Source: Acidiferrobacterales bacterium (lineage in GTDB: Bacteria > Pseudomonadota > Gammaproteobacteria > Acidiferrobacterales > JAJDNE01). From it: a DNA stretch of 63,935 bases. Within the stretch, counting starts at the first letter, position 1. Every line of letters starts with the position of its first letter. The DNA lies in NCBI GenBank assembly GCA_048060695.1, contig JBGMQT010000005.1, positions 2,731-66,665 of the forward strand, in the 5' to 3' direction. The notes under the pieces were generated by a model. That model saw only the letters and a list, made by a program, of their open reading frames with translations, searched no databases and was not told the DNA's origin. Below are positions 32,261 through 41,226 of this stretch, piece by piece. Position numbers and translations under genes: made by a program.

Positions 32261-33361
32261 TTAAATATTGCGCGCCCTTGCATAGGCCGCTTCCGATATC
32301 TTGTTCCATGCATCGTTGTTCGCGCGGAATTTCTCATATGCTGCGAAGACTTTGTTGAAAGTTGGATCCTTTGCTGCTTCTTCGTCAAGTACTTCAAGTG
32401 TAAATTTATGAAGTTGCTTTATTACTGCATCTGGAAAGGCATAGGTTTTAACCTTGTATTTATTTTCAAGTATTTTCAGTGCTTCCAGATTACGCGCTTC
32501 AAATTCCGACAACATCCACAGGTTGCTGGAAGCCGCGGCGGTTTCAACAATTAACCGCAGATTATCCGGTAGTGATTCCCAGGCTTTTTTGTTGATACTT
32601 AATTCAAGGGTCGGCCCGGGTTCGTGCCAGCCGGGGTAATAGTAATACTTGGCAGCGCGATACAGGCCAAGACGCAAATCATGGTATGGCCCAACCCACT
32701 CAGTAGCATCAATGGTGCCACGTTCCAGCGCGGTGTAGATCTCTCCGCCGGCCATTAAAACCGGATTGACACCAGCCTTGGACATGACCTTGCCGCCGAG
32801 ACCGGGAATGCGCATCTTGATGCCTTTTAGATCGGCAACCGAGTTGATCTTTTTACGAAACCAGCCGCCCATTTGCACGCCAGTATTGCCCATGGGCAGG
32901 GGCACGATACCGTAGGGTTTGTAGATCTCCTGCCACAGTTCGATACCTCCACCACCGTAGAACCAGGCGTTCATGCCTTGTGCGTTCATGCCAAAAGGGA
33001 CCGCGGTAAAAAATTGTGCCGCCGGGATCTTGCCAGACCAGTAGTAGGCTGCACCGTGGCCCATTTCTACTGTGCCTTGGGAAACAGCATCAAAGGTCTG
33101 TAGCGGAGGAACCAGCTCACCACCGGCATAGACCCTAATATTCAGACGCCCGGAGCTCATGGCGTTAATGTCTTTGGCAAATTTTTCAACGCCCTCCTGA
33201 AACACAGGGAAGTTGGGCGGCCAGGTGGTGACCATTTTCCAGGTATATGTTTTGTCTGAATCTTTGGTGTTGACGGTACCTTCGTCTTTTTTGCCACAGG
33301 CGGCTAGCGCCGTGCTGGTACCGCCAATTGCCAGTGCCTTGAGTAGATTGCGTCTGTCCAT
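32261..33361 (-). CDS. TRAP transporter substrate-binding protein (DctP family, FcbT1-like)
   Basis: True start ATG 33361 (MDRRNLLKALAIGGTSTALAAC) with GGAGGAG RBS. Tat-like signal plus lipobox. The ORF-track extension to 33829 overlaps the neighbouring gene. Confidence 0.88.
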   Translation of the reverse strand: MDRRNLLKALAIGGTSTALAACGKKDEGTVNTKDSDKTYTWKMVTTWPPNFPVFQEGVEKFAKDINAMSSGRLNIRVYAGGELVPPLQTFDAVSQGTVEMGHGAAYYWSGKIPAAQFFTAVPFGMNAQGMNAWFYGGGGIELWQEIYKPYGIVPLPMGNTGVQMGGWFRKKINSVADLKGIKMRIPGLGGKVMSKAGVNPVLMAGGEIYTALERGTIDATEWVGPYHDLRLGLYRAAKYYYYPGWHEPGPTLELSINKKAWESLPDNLRLIVETAAASSNLWMLSEFEARNLEALKILENKYKVKTYAFPDAVIKQLHKFTLEVLDEEAAKDPTFNKVFAAYEKFRANNDAWNKISEAAYARARNI

Positions 33362-33428
33362 GGGTTCTCCTCCCGATTTGTTGCCTGATTGTTGTGGTGG
33401 CGGTGCGCCGCCGGGCAGACCGTAGAGT

Positions 33429-34370
33429 CTACTGATCGAGCATGGCCTCGACAACGGCATTCCAGGCCAGGGCGATGTTACCGCGGTTATAACCGCCGCC
33501 GCCCATAGCAATAAAACGTCCACCGCAGACCTCATCAGCAATGGTGCACAATTGTTTGGTGGCATAGTGGTGCACCGCCGGGCTATAGGCCATGTGGGTA
33601 ATCGGATCCCCTTTGATGGAATCGGCACCGGCTTGTAGCAAGATAATTTCCGGCCGGTGATCGCGCAAGAATTCCACCACCCTGGGCCACTCTTGATGAA
33701 ATGCCTCGTCATCGGCGCCGGGCGCCATGGGAACGTTGAGCTTGGTGTCTTTGGCCTCGCCTTTGCCGGTTTCAGTGGCGGCGCCGGTGCCCGGGTAGAG
33801 GTATCGCCCGTCTTCATGCAAATCGGCAATAATCAGATCGGGATCGTTTTCAAATGAATAGTACACGCCGTCACCATGGTGGGCGTCAATATCGACGTAA
33901 CCGACGCGCTGGATGCCGTAATTGGCACGCAGGGTCTCGATGCAGACGCCAATGTCATTGATGGCACAGAAGCCGGCGGCGGTATCACGCCGGGCATGGT
34001 GCAGCCCGGCGATAGGGACAAAGCAGCGTTTATATACACCTTTGATCACTTCCCGCGTGGCATCGAGCAGGGTCCCCGCGACATAGCTTGCTGCCTCAAA
34101 TACACCCTTGAATGCCGGGGTATCACCGAAATCAAGAAAGCCGGTTCCCGAAATGGAGAGCGTTTTCAGTTTGTCTATATAGTCTCCGGTATGAAAACGC
34201 AGTAAAGCAGCTTCATCACTTTTCACCGGCTTGCCTATGTCGACACTTTTGTCGAGCCCACGGTATTTGCACTCATTCCAGAAAGCGTCAAGCCGATCAG
34301 GACCAAAGGGGTGGCCCTCGCCAAAACCGTAGCGTGCCAGTTCTTCCCCGACATAGACGCGGACCGGCAT
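33429..34370 (-). CDS. histone deacetylase-family amidohydrolase (AcuC/acetylpolyamine amidohydrolase-like)
   Basis: HHARRD...GFC..ND and DIDAHHGDG motifs. ATG 34370 preferred, TTG 34379 possible. Confidence 0.88.
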   Translation of the reverse strand: MPVRVYVGEELARYGFGEGHPFGPDRLDAFWNECKYRGLDKSVDIGKPVKSDEAALLRFHTGDYIDKLKTLSISGTGFLDFGDTPAFKGVFEAASYVAGTLLDATREVIKGVYKRCFVPIAGLHHARRDTAAGFCAINDIGVCIETLRANYGIQRVGYVDIDAHHGDGVYYSFENDPDLIIADLHEDGRYLYPGTGAATETGKGEAKDTKLNVPMAPGADDEAFHQEWPRVVEFLRDHRPEIILLQAGADSIKGDPITHMAYSPAVHHYATKQLCTIADEVCGGRFIAMGGGGYNRGNIALAWNAVVEAMLDQ

Positions 34371-34375
34371 CGCGA

Positions 34376-35134
34376 TCAATGGAACATCAGTTTAGATACA
34401 CAGTAAATGCTATTTAGATACAGCGCGATTAGCGCGCTACTAATCAGCAAGACCAGCGCTGCGCCGATATAAAATGATACTTGCATGAGTAAACCGAATG
34501 TGAAGATTGGCGCCAGCAAGATGACAGAAAACACGACAATCGGAATTATATTCCTGGTAAGACCGGTCATGGCGCCGTTAAGTGATTCACTGATACCCTT
34601 GCCTGATACATATAGCGGTATGGCCAGGGCCAGTATAATGACGACCACCGAAATCAATACATCCATCACCAATTGGGCGCTAATAACCCGCATGGCGGCC
34701 TCTGCACCCAACTCCAGTAGACCAGATGGTGACAGTAACGCCGAACCCCCAATCGCCTGGCCAACGATTTGAATCACCATGCCCAAAGCCAGGCACACGG
34801 TACCAAGGCCGACGATCACCAGGATTTTGTCGACTTCACCAAATACAGAAAACAGTGCTGCAGCCAGTTTGGCGCCCAGCGTTTGTGGTTTGGCGGAGGG
34901 CTCAATATTGCCCGAACGCATTTTTTGCATCGCCAGTATGCTGCTGGCGCCCAGTATCGGCGTAATGAAATAGACAAGCAGCAATCCAATTATCGGTACC
35001 CGGGTGAGTACAATCACGATAACGACATAGATCAGGCCCAGTAGCCACCACAGTGTCAGATCTTTCTTCCAGAATCGCCAGCCGCAGCTAAGCCATTGCA
35101 TGCCCTGACGAACATTGAAACTGCGAATATTCAT
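34376..35134 (-). CDS. polytopic membrane protein, unknown function (BPSS1780-like)
   Basis: 252 aa. N-terminal GMQWLSCGWRFWKKDLTLWW followed by several TM segments. Confidence 0.55.
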   Translation of the reverse strand: MNIRSFNVRQGMQWLSCGWRFWKKDLTLWWLLGLIYVVIVIVLTRVPIIGLLLVYFITPILGASSILAMQKMRSGNIEPSAKPQTLGAKLAAALFSVFGEVDKILVIVGLGTVCLALGMVIQIVGQAIGGSALLSPSGLLELGAEAAMRVISAQLVMDVLISVVVIILALAIPLYVSGKGISESLNGAMTGLTRNIIPIVVFSVILLAPIFTFGLLMQVSFYIGAALVLLISSALIALYLNSIYCVSKLMFH

Positions 35135-35156
35135 GCTGTCCTCCCAGGTTCTAGTT

Positions 35157-35301
35157 TAGGGCACTTCTACTAATCCCCTCTCCCACCGGGAGAGGGTTAG
35201 GGTGAAGGAATCAAACAAGGATAATGTATTGATTATAATATCCCCTCATCCTGGCCTTCTCCCTGAGGGAGAAGGAATTATCAATTAATAGAAGTGCCCT
35301 T
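35157..35301. mobile_element. MITE-like compound palindromic element
   Basis: 17-bp terminal inverted repeats agggcacttctactaat (35158-35174) and attaatagaagtgccct (35284-35300), 1 mismatch. Flanking direct repeat TAGTT (35152-35156 and 35302-35306). Two internal hairpins: ccctctcc..ggagaggg and ccttctccc..gggagaagg. Confidence 0.5.
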
Positions 35302-35317
35302 TAGTTCGTGGGCAGCA

Positions 35318-36268
35318 TCAGGACCAAAGTGCGATCATATCTGCGCCACGCTTTATTCTATCCTGCAATATGCGCCGGAATGCCTCAGGGTCCTTTATAT
35401 GGGTCATTTCGCCGGGCCGTGGAAAATGCATGTCGTAAAGGCGTGACAACCAAAAGCGCAATGCACCGGCGCGTAACAACAATGGCCAGGCTTCTATCTC
35501 GGCATTGACCACGGGTCGTGCCTGTAAATATGCCTTCACGGTGTGGCTTGCCCGCTCTTGATCAAGAGACCCATCACCGTTGCTGCACCAGTCGTTCACC
35601 GCTATCGCCAAGTCGTACAAGTAATAGTCGGTGCAGGCGTAATAGAAATCAATTACGCCGCACAAGCTATCTCCGTCGAACAAGGCATTGTCCCGGAACA
35701 AGTCGGCATGAATAATACCGTTCGTTAGATCAAGGTTGTCGTATTTTGATTGATACGCGATTTCCGGCGCAAGAATATCAATCTCTGCGGCGGACAATTT
35801 TTTCATCAAGGCTGCCGTAGTATCGGCACGCCAGGTATGGCCACGCGGATTCAGGCGCTGCTGAGAAAAAGAATCGCTCGCCTTGTGCATGCGTGCCAGC
35901 ACATTACCGACGGCTGAGCATTGTGCCAGTGTTGGTAGCCCCACTGCCGAACCATCAAGCCGGTTGACCAGCGCCGCCGGCTTGTCTTTCAGGTTGCCAA
36001 GATACAGTCCGGAGTTATTGGCCAACGGATGCGCGCAGGGAATGTCGTGTTCTGCCAGGTAAGCAGTGAGGTCAAGAAAAAACGGCAGTTCCTTTTTCGT
36101 ATGCTGCTCAAAAATAGTTAACACAAACTGGCCACCGGTGGTGGTAACAAAGTAGTTGGTATTCTCTATACCGGATTCGATACCGGTAAAGCGAACCAGC
36201 GTACCGGCGTCATACTCCGTTAGAAACTTTTTCAGTTCGTCCGCTGTGATGCTGGTGTAGACAGACAT
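35318..36268 (-). CDS. thrB: homoserine kinase, kinase-fold (Pseudomonas) type
   Basis: MSVYTSIT..L..FL..Y..G........GIENTNYFV N-terminus and IHADLFRDN catalytic loop. 316 aa. Confidence 0.87.
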   Translation of the reverse strand: MSVYTSITADELKKFLTEYDAGTLVRFTGIESGIENTNYFVTTTGGQFVLTIFEQHTKKELPFFLDLTAYLAEHDIPCAHPLANNSGLYLGNLKDKPAALVNRLDGSAVGLPTLAQCSAVGNVLARMHKASDSFSQQRLNPRGHTWRADTTAALMKKLSAAEIDILAPEIAYQSKYDNLDLTNGIIHADLFRDNALFDGDSLCGVIDFYYACTDYYLYDLAIAVNDWCSNGDGSLDQERASHTVKAYLQARPVVNAEIEAWPLLLRAGALRFWLSRLYDMHFPRPGEMTHIKDPEAFRRILQDRIKRGADMIALWS

Positions 36269-36301
36269 ATTTTTCTTCTAATTGTCGGAAAATCGAGATA
36301 A

Positions 36302-37033
36302 TTACAAATTGAGTTTTATTTCCTGCTCTTCCTCGGTGTGCTCGAAACCACTCTTTTCGTAGTAACGGAAAATGTGTTCCACCACGTCGTCTGCTGTGTC
36401 GGCGAGTATGAATAAATCCAGATCTTCGGGGCTTACCATACCTTCCTTGACCAGCGTCGCTTTGAACCAGTCGATAAGGCCGGTCCAGAATTTCTTTCCT
36501 ACCATAATGATCGGCATGCGTACGCTTTTGCCGGTCTGGATCAGGGTCAACGCTTCTATTACTTCATCAAGGGTACCAAAGCCGCCGGGCATGACAACAT
36601 AGGCCTTGGCATATTTGATGAACATGACTTTACGCGCGAAAAAGTGCTGGAAGCTCAGGGACAGGTTTTGATATTCATTTGCGCTTTGTTCCATTGGCAA
36701 TTCGATATTAACGCCGACGCTGGGTGACTTGCCGTAATAGGCACCCTTGTTGGCTGCCTCCATAATACCGGGGCCGCCGCCGCTGATGACAGAGAAACCG
36801 GAATCTGACAATTTGCGCGCGATTTCCTCTGTGAGCAGGTAGTATGGATGATCAGGATCCGTCCTCGCCGACCCGAAAATACTCACCGAAGGCTGGATTT
36901 GTGACAGGTGTTCAAAGCCATCGACAAACTCGGCCATGATCTGGAAAATCTTCCAGGATTCCCGCGACATCATATTCGATGGCAGGGTGGCCAGGGCTGG
37001 TTTTCCAAAAGAGGATGAATCGTTTTCCGACAT
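36302..37033 (-). CDS. LOG-family (TIGR00730) nucleotide 5'-monophosphate nucleosidase
   Basis: GGGPGIMEAANKGA and PGGFGTLDE motifs. Confidence 0.87.
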   Translation of the reverse strand: MSENDSSSFGKPALATLPSNMMSRESWKIFQIMAEFVDGFEHLSQIQPSVSIFGSARTDPDHPYYLLTEEIARKLSDSGFSVISGGGPGIMEAANKGAYYGKSPSVGVNIELPMEQSANEYQNLSLSFQHFFARKVMFIKYAKAYVVMPGGFGTLDEVIEALTLIQTGKSVRMPIIMVGKKFWTGLIDWFKATLVKEGMVSPEDLDLFILADTADDVVEHIFRYYEKSGFEHTEEEQEIKLNL

Positions 37034-37070
37034 AATGTTATTTTATTCCGTTAAGTCCGTTTAAGTAGCT

Positions 37071-39767
37071 ATGAACAGTAAAAAGAAAAATACTGCTCTA
37101 ATTCTGGTCGATGGCTCATCGTATCTTTACCGTGCTTTTCACGCCATGCCCGGTTTAAGCAATTCCAGTGGCGAACCCACGGGTGCCGTTTACGGCGTGA
37201 CAAACATGCTGCGCAAACTGCTTACTGATTACGATCCCCAGTATATCGCGGTGGTTTTCGACGCAAAAGGAAAGACTTTTCGTAACGATCTTTACCCGCA
37301 ATATAAGGCAAATCGCCCGCCAATGCCGGAAGATTTGCGTCCCCAGGTGGCGTGGGTACACGAAATCGTCGGTGCGATGGGGCTCAATCTGATGGTGGTC
37401 AAAGGGGTCGAGGCGGACGATGTAATTGGCACACTTGCCACCCAGGCAGCTGATGAGAGGCGTGACGTCATTATTTCGTCCGGTGACAAGGACCTTACCC
37501 AGCTGGTGAACCAGCACGTCAACATGGTCGATACCATGAAAAATGTGGTTTACGATCATGACGGTGTAGTCGCGAAATTCGGTGTGCCACCGGAAAAAAT
37601 TATCGATTACCTGACACTGGTTGGCGATACTTCGGACAATATACCCGGGGTGCCCAAAGTGGGCCCGAAGACCGCGGTTAAATGGCTGCAGCAATATGGC
37701 ACATTGGACGACATCATTGCCCATGCCAGTGAGATCAAGGGCAAGGTGGGAGAAAACCTGCGCGAATCGCTGGATCAGATTCCACTTTCCAGGGAACTCG
37801 TTACCATTAAACGCGACGTCGATCTCGAACAAAAACCGAAAGACCTGGCGCGCCAGTTGCAGGATGAGGAGCGACTGCGCGACCTGTTTGCGCACATGGA
37901 GTTTCGCACCTGGCTGGACGAGCTCGGCGGCACCAATGCAAACAAATTAATTGAAGCATCTGATAAATACTGCGCCGTGTTCACGGAGAAAGATCTTGAC
38001 GGCTGGATCAAGCGGCTGAAGAAGGCCGACCTCTTTGCTTTCGATACCGAAACCACAAGTCTGAACGCTATCGACGCCGAGATAGTCGGTGTGTCTTTCA
38101 CCAATAAGGTTGGTGACGGCGCCTACGTGCCGCTGGCACATGACTATCCCGGTGCGCCTGACCAGTTAAGTCGTGACGAGGTATTGGATAAGCTTAAACC
38201 GCTGCTGGAAGACCCGAAGCAGTTCAAGGTCGGACAGAATCTCAAATACGACGCGGAGGTATTGGCCAACTATGGTATCAACCTCAAAGGTATAAAATAC
38301 GACACCATGCTCGAGTCCTATGTGCTGGATTCCACCGCTTCACGCCACGACATGGACAGCCTGGCACTGAAATACCTCGGCCATAAAAATATCAAGTTTG
38401 AAGAGGTGGCCGGTAAAGGTAAAAACCAGATCACCTTTAACGAGGTACCGCTGGAGCAGGCCATTCCCTACGCAGCAGAGGATGCGGACATTACCTTGCG
38501 TCTGCATGAAGAGCTGTGGCCACAATTACAGAAAACACCGGCTTTGGTAAAACTGTTTAATGAAATCGAGTTGCCCCTGGTTGATGTGTTAAAACGCATG
38601 GAATACATCGGAGTCAGAATCGATGCCGATATGTTGCGCAAGCAGAGCCAGGAGCTGGCAAAGCGCATGCTTGAAATCGAGCAGGAGGCCCATGAGACCG
38701 GTGGCCAGCCGTTTAATCTCGCTTCACCGAAACAGATACAGGAAGTGCTGTACGACAAGCTCGGACTGCCGGTATTAAAGAAAACACCGAAAGGTGCGCC
38801 ATCAACGGCAGAAGAAGTGATGCAGGAACTGGCGATGGACTATCCGTTGCCAGTCTTGATTCTGGAGTGGCGCGGGCTTTCAAAACTCAAGTCCACCTAT
38901 ACCGACAAGCTACCGGATATGATAAGTGAAAAAACCGGTCGCGTGCACACCTCGTATCATCAGGCCGTGGCCGCCACCGGGCGCCTGTCATCGTCCGACC
39001 CCAATCTGCAGAACATACCGGTCAGAACCAAAGAAGGCCGGCGCATACGTCAGGCCTTTGTACCGGAGAAAGGCAGCATCATGTTATCGGCCGATTATTC
39101 ACAAATAGAGCTGCGCATCATGGCACACCTGTCGCGGGACGACAGTTTGTGCAAGGCCTTTGCCAGTGGAGCCGATATTCACAGCGCCACGGCGGCAGAG
39201 GTTTTCGGGGCGAAACTGGAGGACGTCAACAAAGAGCAACGTCGCCATGCCAAGGCTATTAATTTTGGTCTGATCTATGGCATGTCGGCCTTTGGTCTGG
39301 GGCGACAGCTCAAGATCGAACGTGGCGCGGCGCAGGAGTATATCGATCTCTATTTTTCACGTTACCCGGGGGTGAAGGAGTTTATGGATACAACGCGTGC
39401 CACTGCACACGACACCGGTTACGTCGAGACGCTGTTCGGTCGCAGGCTCTACCTTCCGGACATTAATGCCAGCAACCACAACCGCCGGCAGTATGCCGAA
39501 CGCACCGCCATCAATGCACCGATGCAGGGGACTGCGGCGGATCTCATAAAACTCGCCATGATTGCCGTCGATGACTGGATTCAGGCGCAGGCACCCGAGA
39601 TCAAAATGATTATGCAGGTACACGATGAACTTGTATTTGAAGTACCCACAAAGCAACTGACAGGGGCAGAGAACAAAATCCGCGAACTGATGACCGGTGT
39701 AACCGATCTGGTCGTGCCGCTGGTGGTGGATGTGGGTAGTGGCAAGAATTGGGATGAAGCGCACTAG
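37071..39767 (+). CDS. polA: DNA polymerase I
   Basis: 898 aa with 5'-nuclease, 3'-5' exonuclease (FDTETTSL) and polymerase motifs (DYSQIELR, QVHDELVFE). Confidence 0.97.
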   Translation: MNSKKKNTALILVDGSSYLYRAFHAMPGLSNSSGEPTGAVYGVTNMLRKLLTDYDPQYIAVVFDAKGKTFRNDLYPQYKANRPPMPEDLRPQVAWVHEIVGAMGLNLMVVKGVEADDVIGTLATQAADERRDVIISSGDKDLTQLVNQHVNMVDTMKNVVYDHDGVVAKFGVPPEKIIDYLTLVGDTSDNIPGVPKVGPKTAVKWLQQYGTLDDIIAHASEIKGKVGENLRESLDQIPLSRELVTIKRDVDLEQKPKDLARQLQDEERLRDLFAHMEFRTWLDELGGTNANKLIEASDKYCAVFTEKDLDGWIKRLKKADLFAFDTETTSLNAIDAEIVGVSFTNKVGDGAYVPLAHDYPGAPDQLSRDEVLDKLKPLLEDPKQFKVGQNLKYDAEVLANYGINLKGIKYDTMLESYVLDSTASRHDMDSLALKYLGHKNIKFEEVAGKGKNQITFNEVPLEQAIPYAAEDADITLRLHEELWPQLQKTPALVKLFNEIELPLVDVLKRMEYIGVRIDADMLRKQSQELAKRMLEIEQEAHETGGQPFNLASPKQIQEVLYDKLGLPVLKKTPKGAPSTAEEVMQELAMDYPLPVLILEWRGLSKLKSTYTDKLPDMISEKTGRVHTSYHQAVAATGRLSSSDPNLQNIPVRTKEGRRIRQAFVPEKGSIMLSADYSQIELRIMAHLSRDDSLCKAFASGADIHSATAAEVFGAKLEDVNKEQRRHAKAINFGLIYGMSAFGLGRQLKIERGAAQEYIDLYFSRYPGVKEFMDTTRATAHDTGYVETLFGRRLYLPDINASNHNRRQYAERTAINAPMQGTAADLIKLAMIAVDDWIQAQAPEIKMIMQVHDELVFEVPTKQLTGAENKIRELMTGVTDLVVPLVVDVGSGKNWDEAH

Positions 39768-39822
39768 TATTTTCTATGATATCGCCTGTTTCGATTGAAA
39801 AAGCGATAAAATCCAAGGATAG

Positions 39823-41022
39823 CTAGGCAGGCAAGACTCGCATAAAAAACGCTTTTAAATATTCCGTCTCCGGGATACCCGGGTGTACCGGGTGATCCGG
39901 TCCCTGCTGTCCATGTTCAATGATCTGGGAAAATCGGTCGATGTGGCGCGACGCGCCGAGCAGAATCTCGCGCAATTTATCGGACTGCAAGTGATAGGAG
40001 CAGGAACAGGAGATCAGTATGCCGTCTTTGGCCAGTACCTGCATGGCCATTCGATTCAGACGGTGATAGGCCTTCAGGCCTTCGGTGACATCTTTCTTAC
40101 GTTTGATAAAAGCCGGTGGATCAACGATCACGACATCAAATTTTTCGCGGTCGGCCCGCAGTCGCCGCAGCATCTCGAACGCATCTTCCTTTTCTGCCGT
40201 GATTTTTTGTCCAGCACCATTCGAACTGGCGTTGGCGATTACGGCCTCTATGGCGCGGGCGGAGCTGTCGACACACATAGCCGAATCGGCACCGGCTAAA
40301 ATTGCCTGAATGCCCCAGGCACCGACATAGCTGAAAACATCGAGTACCCGGGCACCCTTAACGTACTTTTGCATATTGGCGCGGTTACTACGTTGATCAT
40401 AAAACCAGCCGGTTTTCTGACCCTCGAAGACGGACACTTCAAAATGAGCATTATTTTCCTCTACCAGCACGTGCTCCGGAATATCGCCCATCGCGGTCTC
40501 GATGTAACTCTCCAGTCCCTCCAGCTTGCGGGTCCCCGCGTCGTTGCGCAGCAAAATGGCGCCGGGCGAAATCACCTTTTGCAGCGCTGCGATGACATCG
40601 TCTTTGAGCCGCTCCATACCCGCTGTGGTGAGCTGGACTACCAGAACGTCTCCGAAACGGTCGACCACCAGACCTGGAAGACCGTCGCTGTCGCCAAAGA
40701 CCAGCCGGTAAAAGGGTTTTTCGAACAAACGTGTGCGCAGTGACAGTGCGATATTGAGTCGATGAATGAGCAAAGACTTGTCGAGAATATATTTTGGGCT
40801 GCGTGATACCAGGCGCGCGCAAATCAGGGCGTGAGGGTTGACATAACCGGTACCGAGATTGTGGCCGCTGGCATCCTGAATCAGCACCGCCTCGCCCGGT
40901 GTAAACGCGGTCAGCGGCGAGGTTCTGTTGTCGACTTCATTACTGAATATCCAGCTGTGACCGGCACGCAGACGACGATCCCTGTGTTTACCGAGTCGTA
41001 ATACCGGAAGTGCATCTGCCAT
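39823..41022 (-). CDS. rlmI: 23S rRNA m5C methyltransferase RlmI-like (PUA + class I SAM MTase)
   Basis: 399 aa. N-terminal RLRAGHSWIFSNEV and SAM domain VLDVFSYVGAWG...DPPAF. Confidence 0.83.
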   Translation of the reverse strand: MADALPVLRLGKHRDRRLRAGHSWIFSNEVDNRTSPLTAFTPGEAVLIQDASGHNLGTGYVNPHALICARLVSRSPKYILDKSLLIHRLNIALSLRTRLFEKPFYRLVFGDSDGLPGLVVDRFGDVLVVQLTTAGMERLKDDVIAALQKVISPGAILLRNDAGTRKLEGLESYIETAMGDIPEHVLVEENNAHFEVSVFEGQKTGWFYDQRSNRANMQKYVKGARVLDVFSYVGAWGIQAILAGADSAMCVDSSARAIEAVIANASSNGAGQKITAEKEDAFEMLRRLRADREKFDVVIVDPPAFIKRKKDVTEGLKAYHRLNRMAMQVLAKDGILISCSCSYHLQSDKLREILLGASRHIDRFSQIIEHGQQGPDHPVHPGIPETEYLKAFFMRVLPA

Positions 41023-41083
41023 GAGTTCGTATGCCCGCTTAAATCGCGCGGTAGTATATCCCTTACAAGAGATACGGTCCGTT

Positions 41084-41111
41084 GGAACTTTCGCTTTTTG
41101 TCACCATCTAT
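41084..41111 (+). promoter_or_regulatory. candidate sigma-E/AlgU-type promoter
   Basis: GGAACTT (41084-41090), a 16-nt spacer, then TCTAT (41107-41111). Consensus is GAACTT-N16/17-TCTGA or TCnaA. Confidence 0.45.
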
Positions 41112-41116
41112 AGGAG

Positions 41117-41226
41117 TGAGGCGGTCGCCCGACCGTCTCATACCCGCTCCTCCTCCCTGAGCGGGCGAGTCCTGGATTATTTCTAGGATGTTTTTGCCCC
41201 GGGCATTTTTTGTCCGGGGCTTTTTT
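41117..41226 (+). ncRNA. candidate sRNA at the Spot42/ErsA syntenic position
   Basis: Lies between the sigma-E-like promoter and a + strand intrinsic terminator (gccccgg 41196-41202, ccggggc 41214-41220, TTTTTT 41221-41226). Has an internal hairpin with a CCUCCUCCC loop. Convergent with engB. No credible coding ORF (the track's 41188-41502 ORF is discarded). Confidence 0.5.

Noticed and set aside
33362-33829. 156-codon N-terminal extension of the TRAP binding-protein ORF (track start 33829)
   Set aside because: The extension overlaps the HDAC-family gene in another frame and is Pro/Arg-rich. A strong GGAGGAG RBS and a Tat/lipoprotein signal begin at ATG 33361.
37155-37895. 246-aa ORF antisense to polA
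   Set aside because: It is a shadow ORF inside the polA 5'-nuclease domain.
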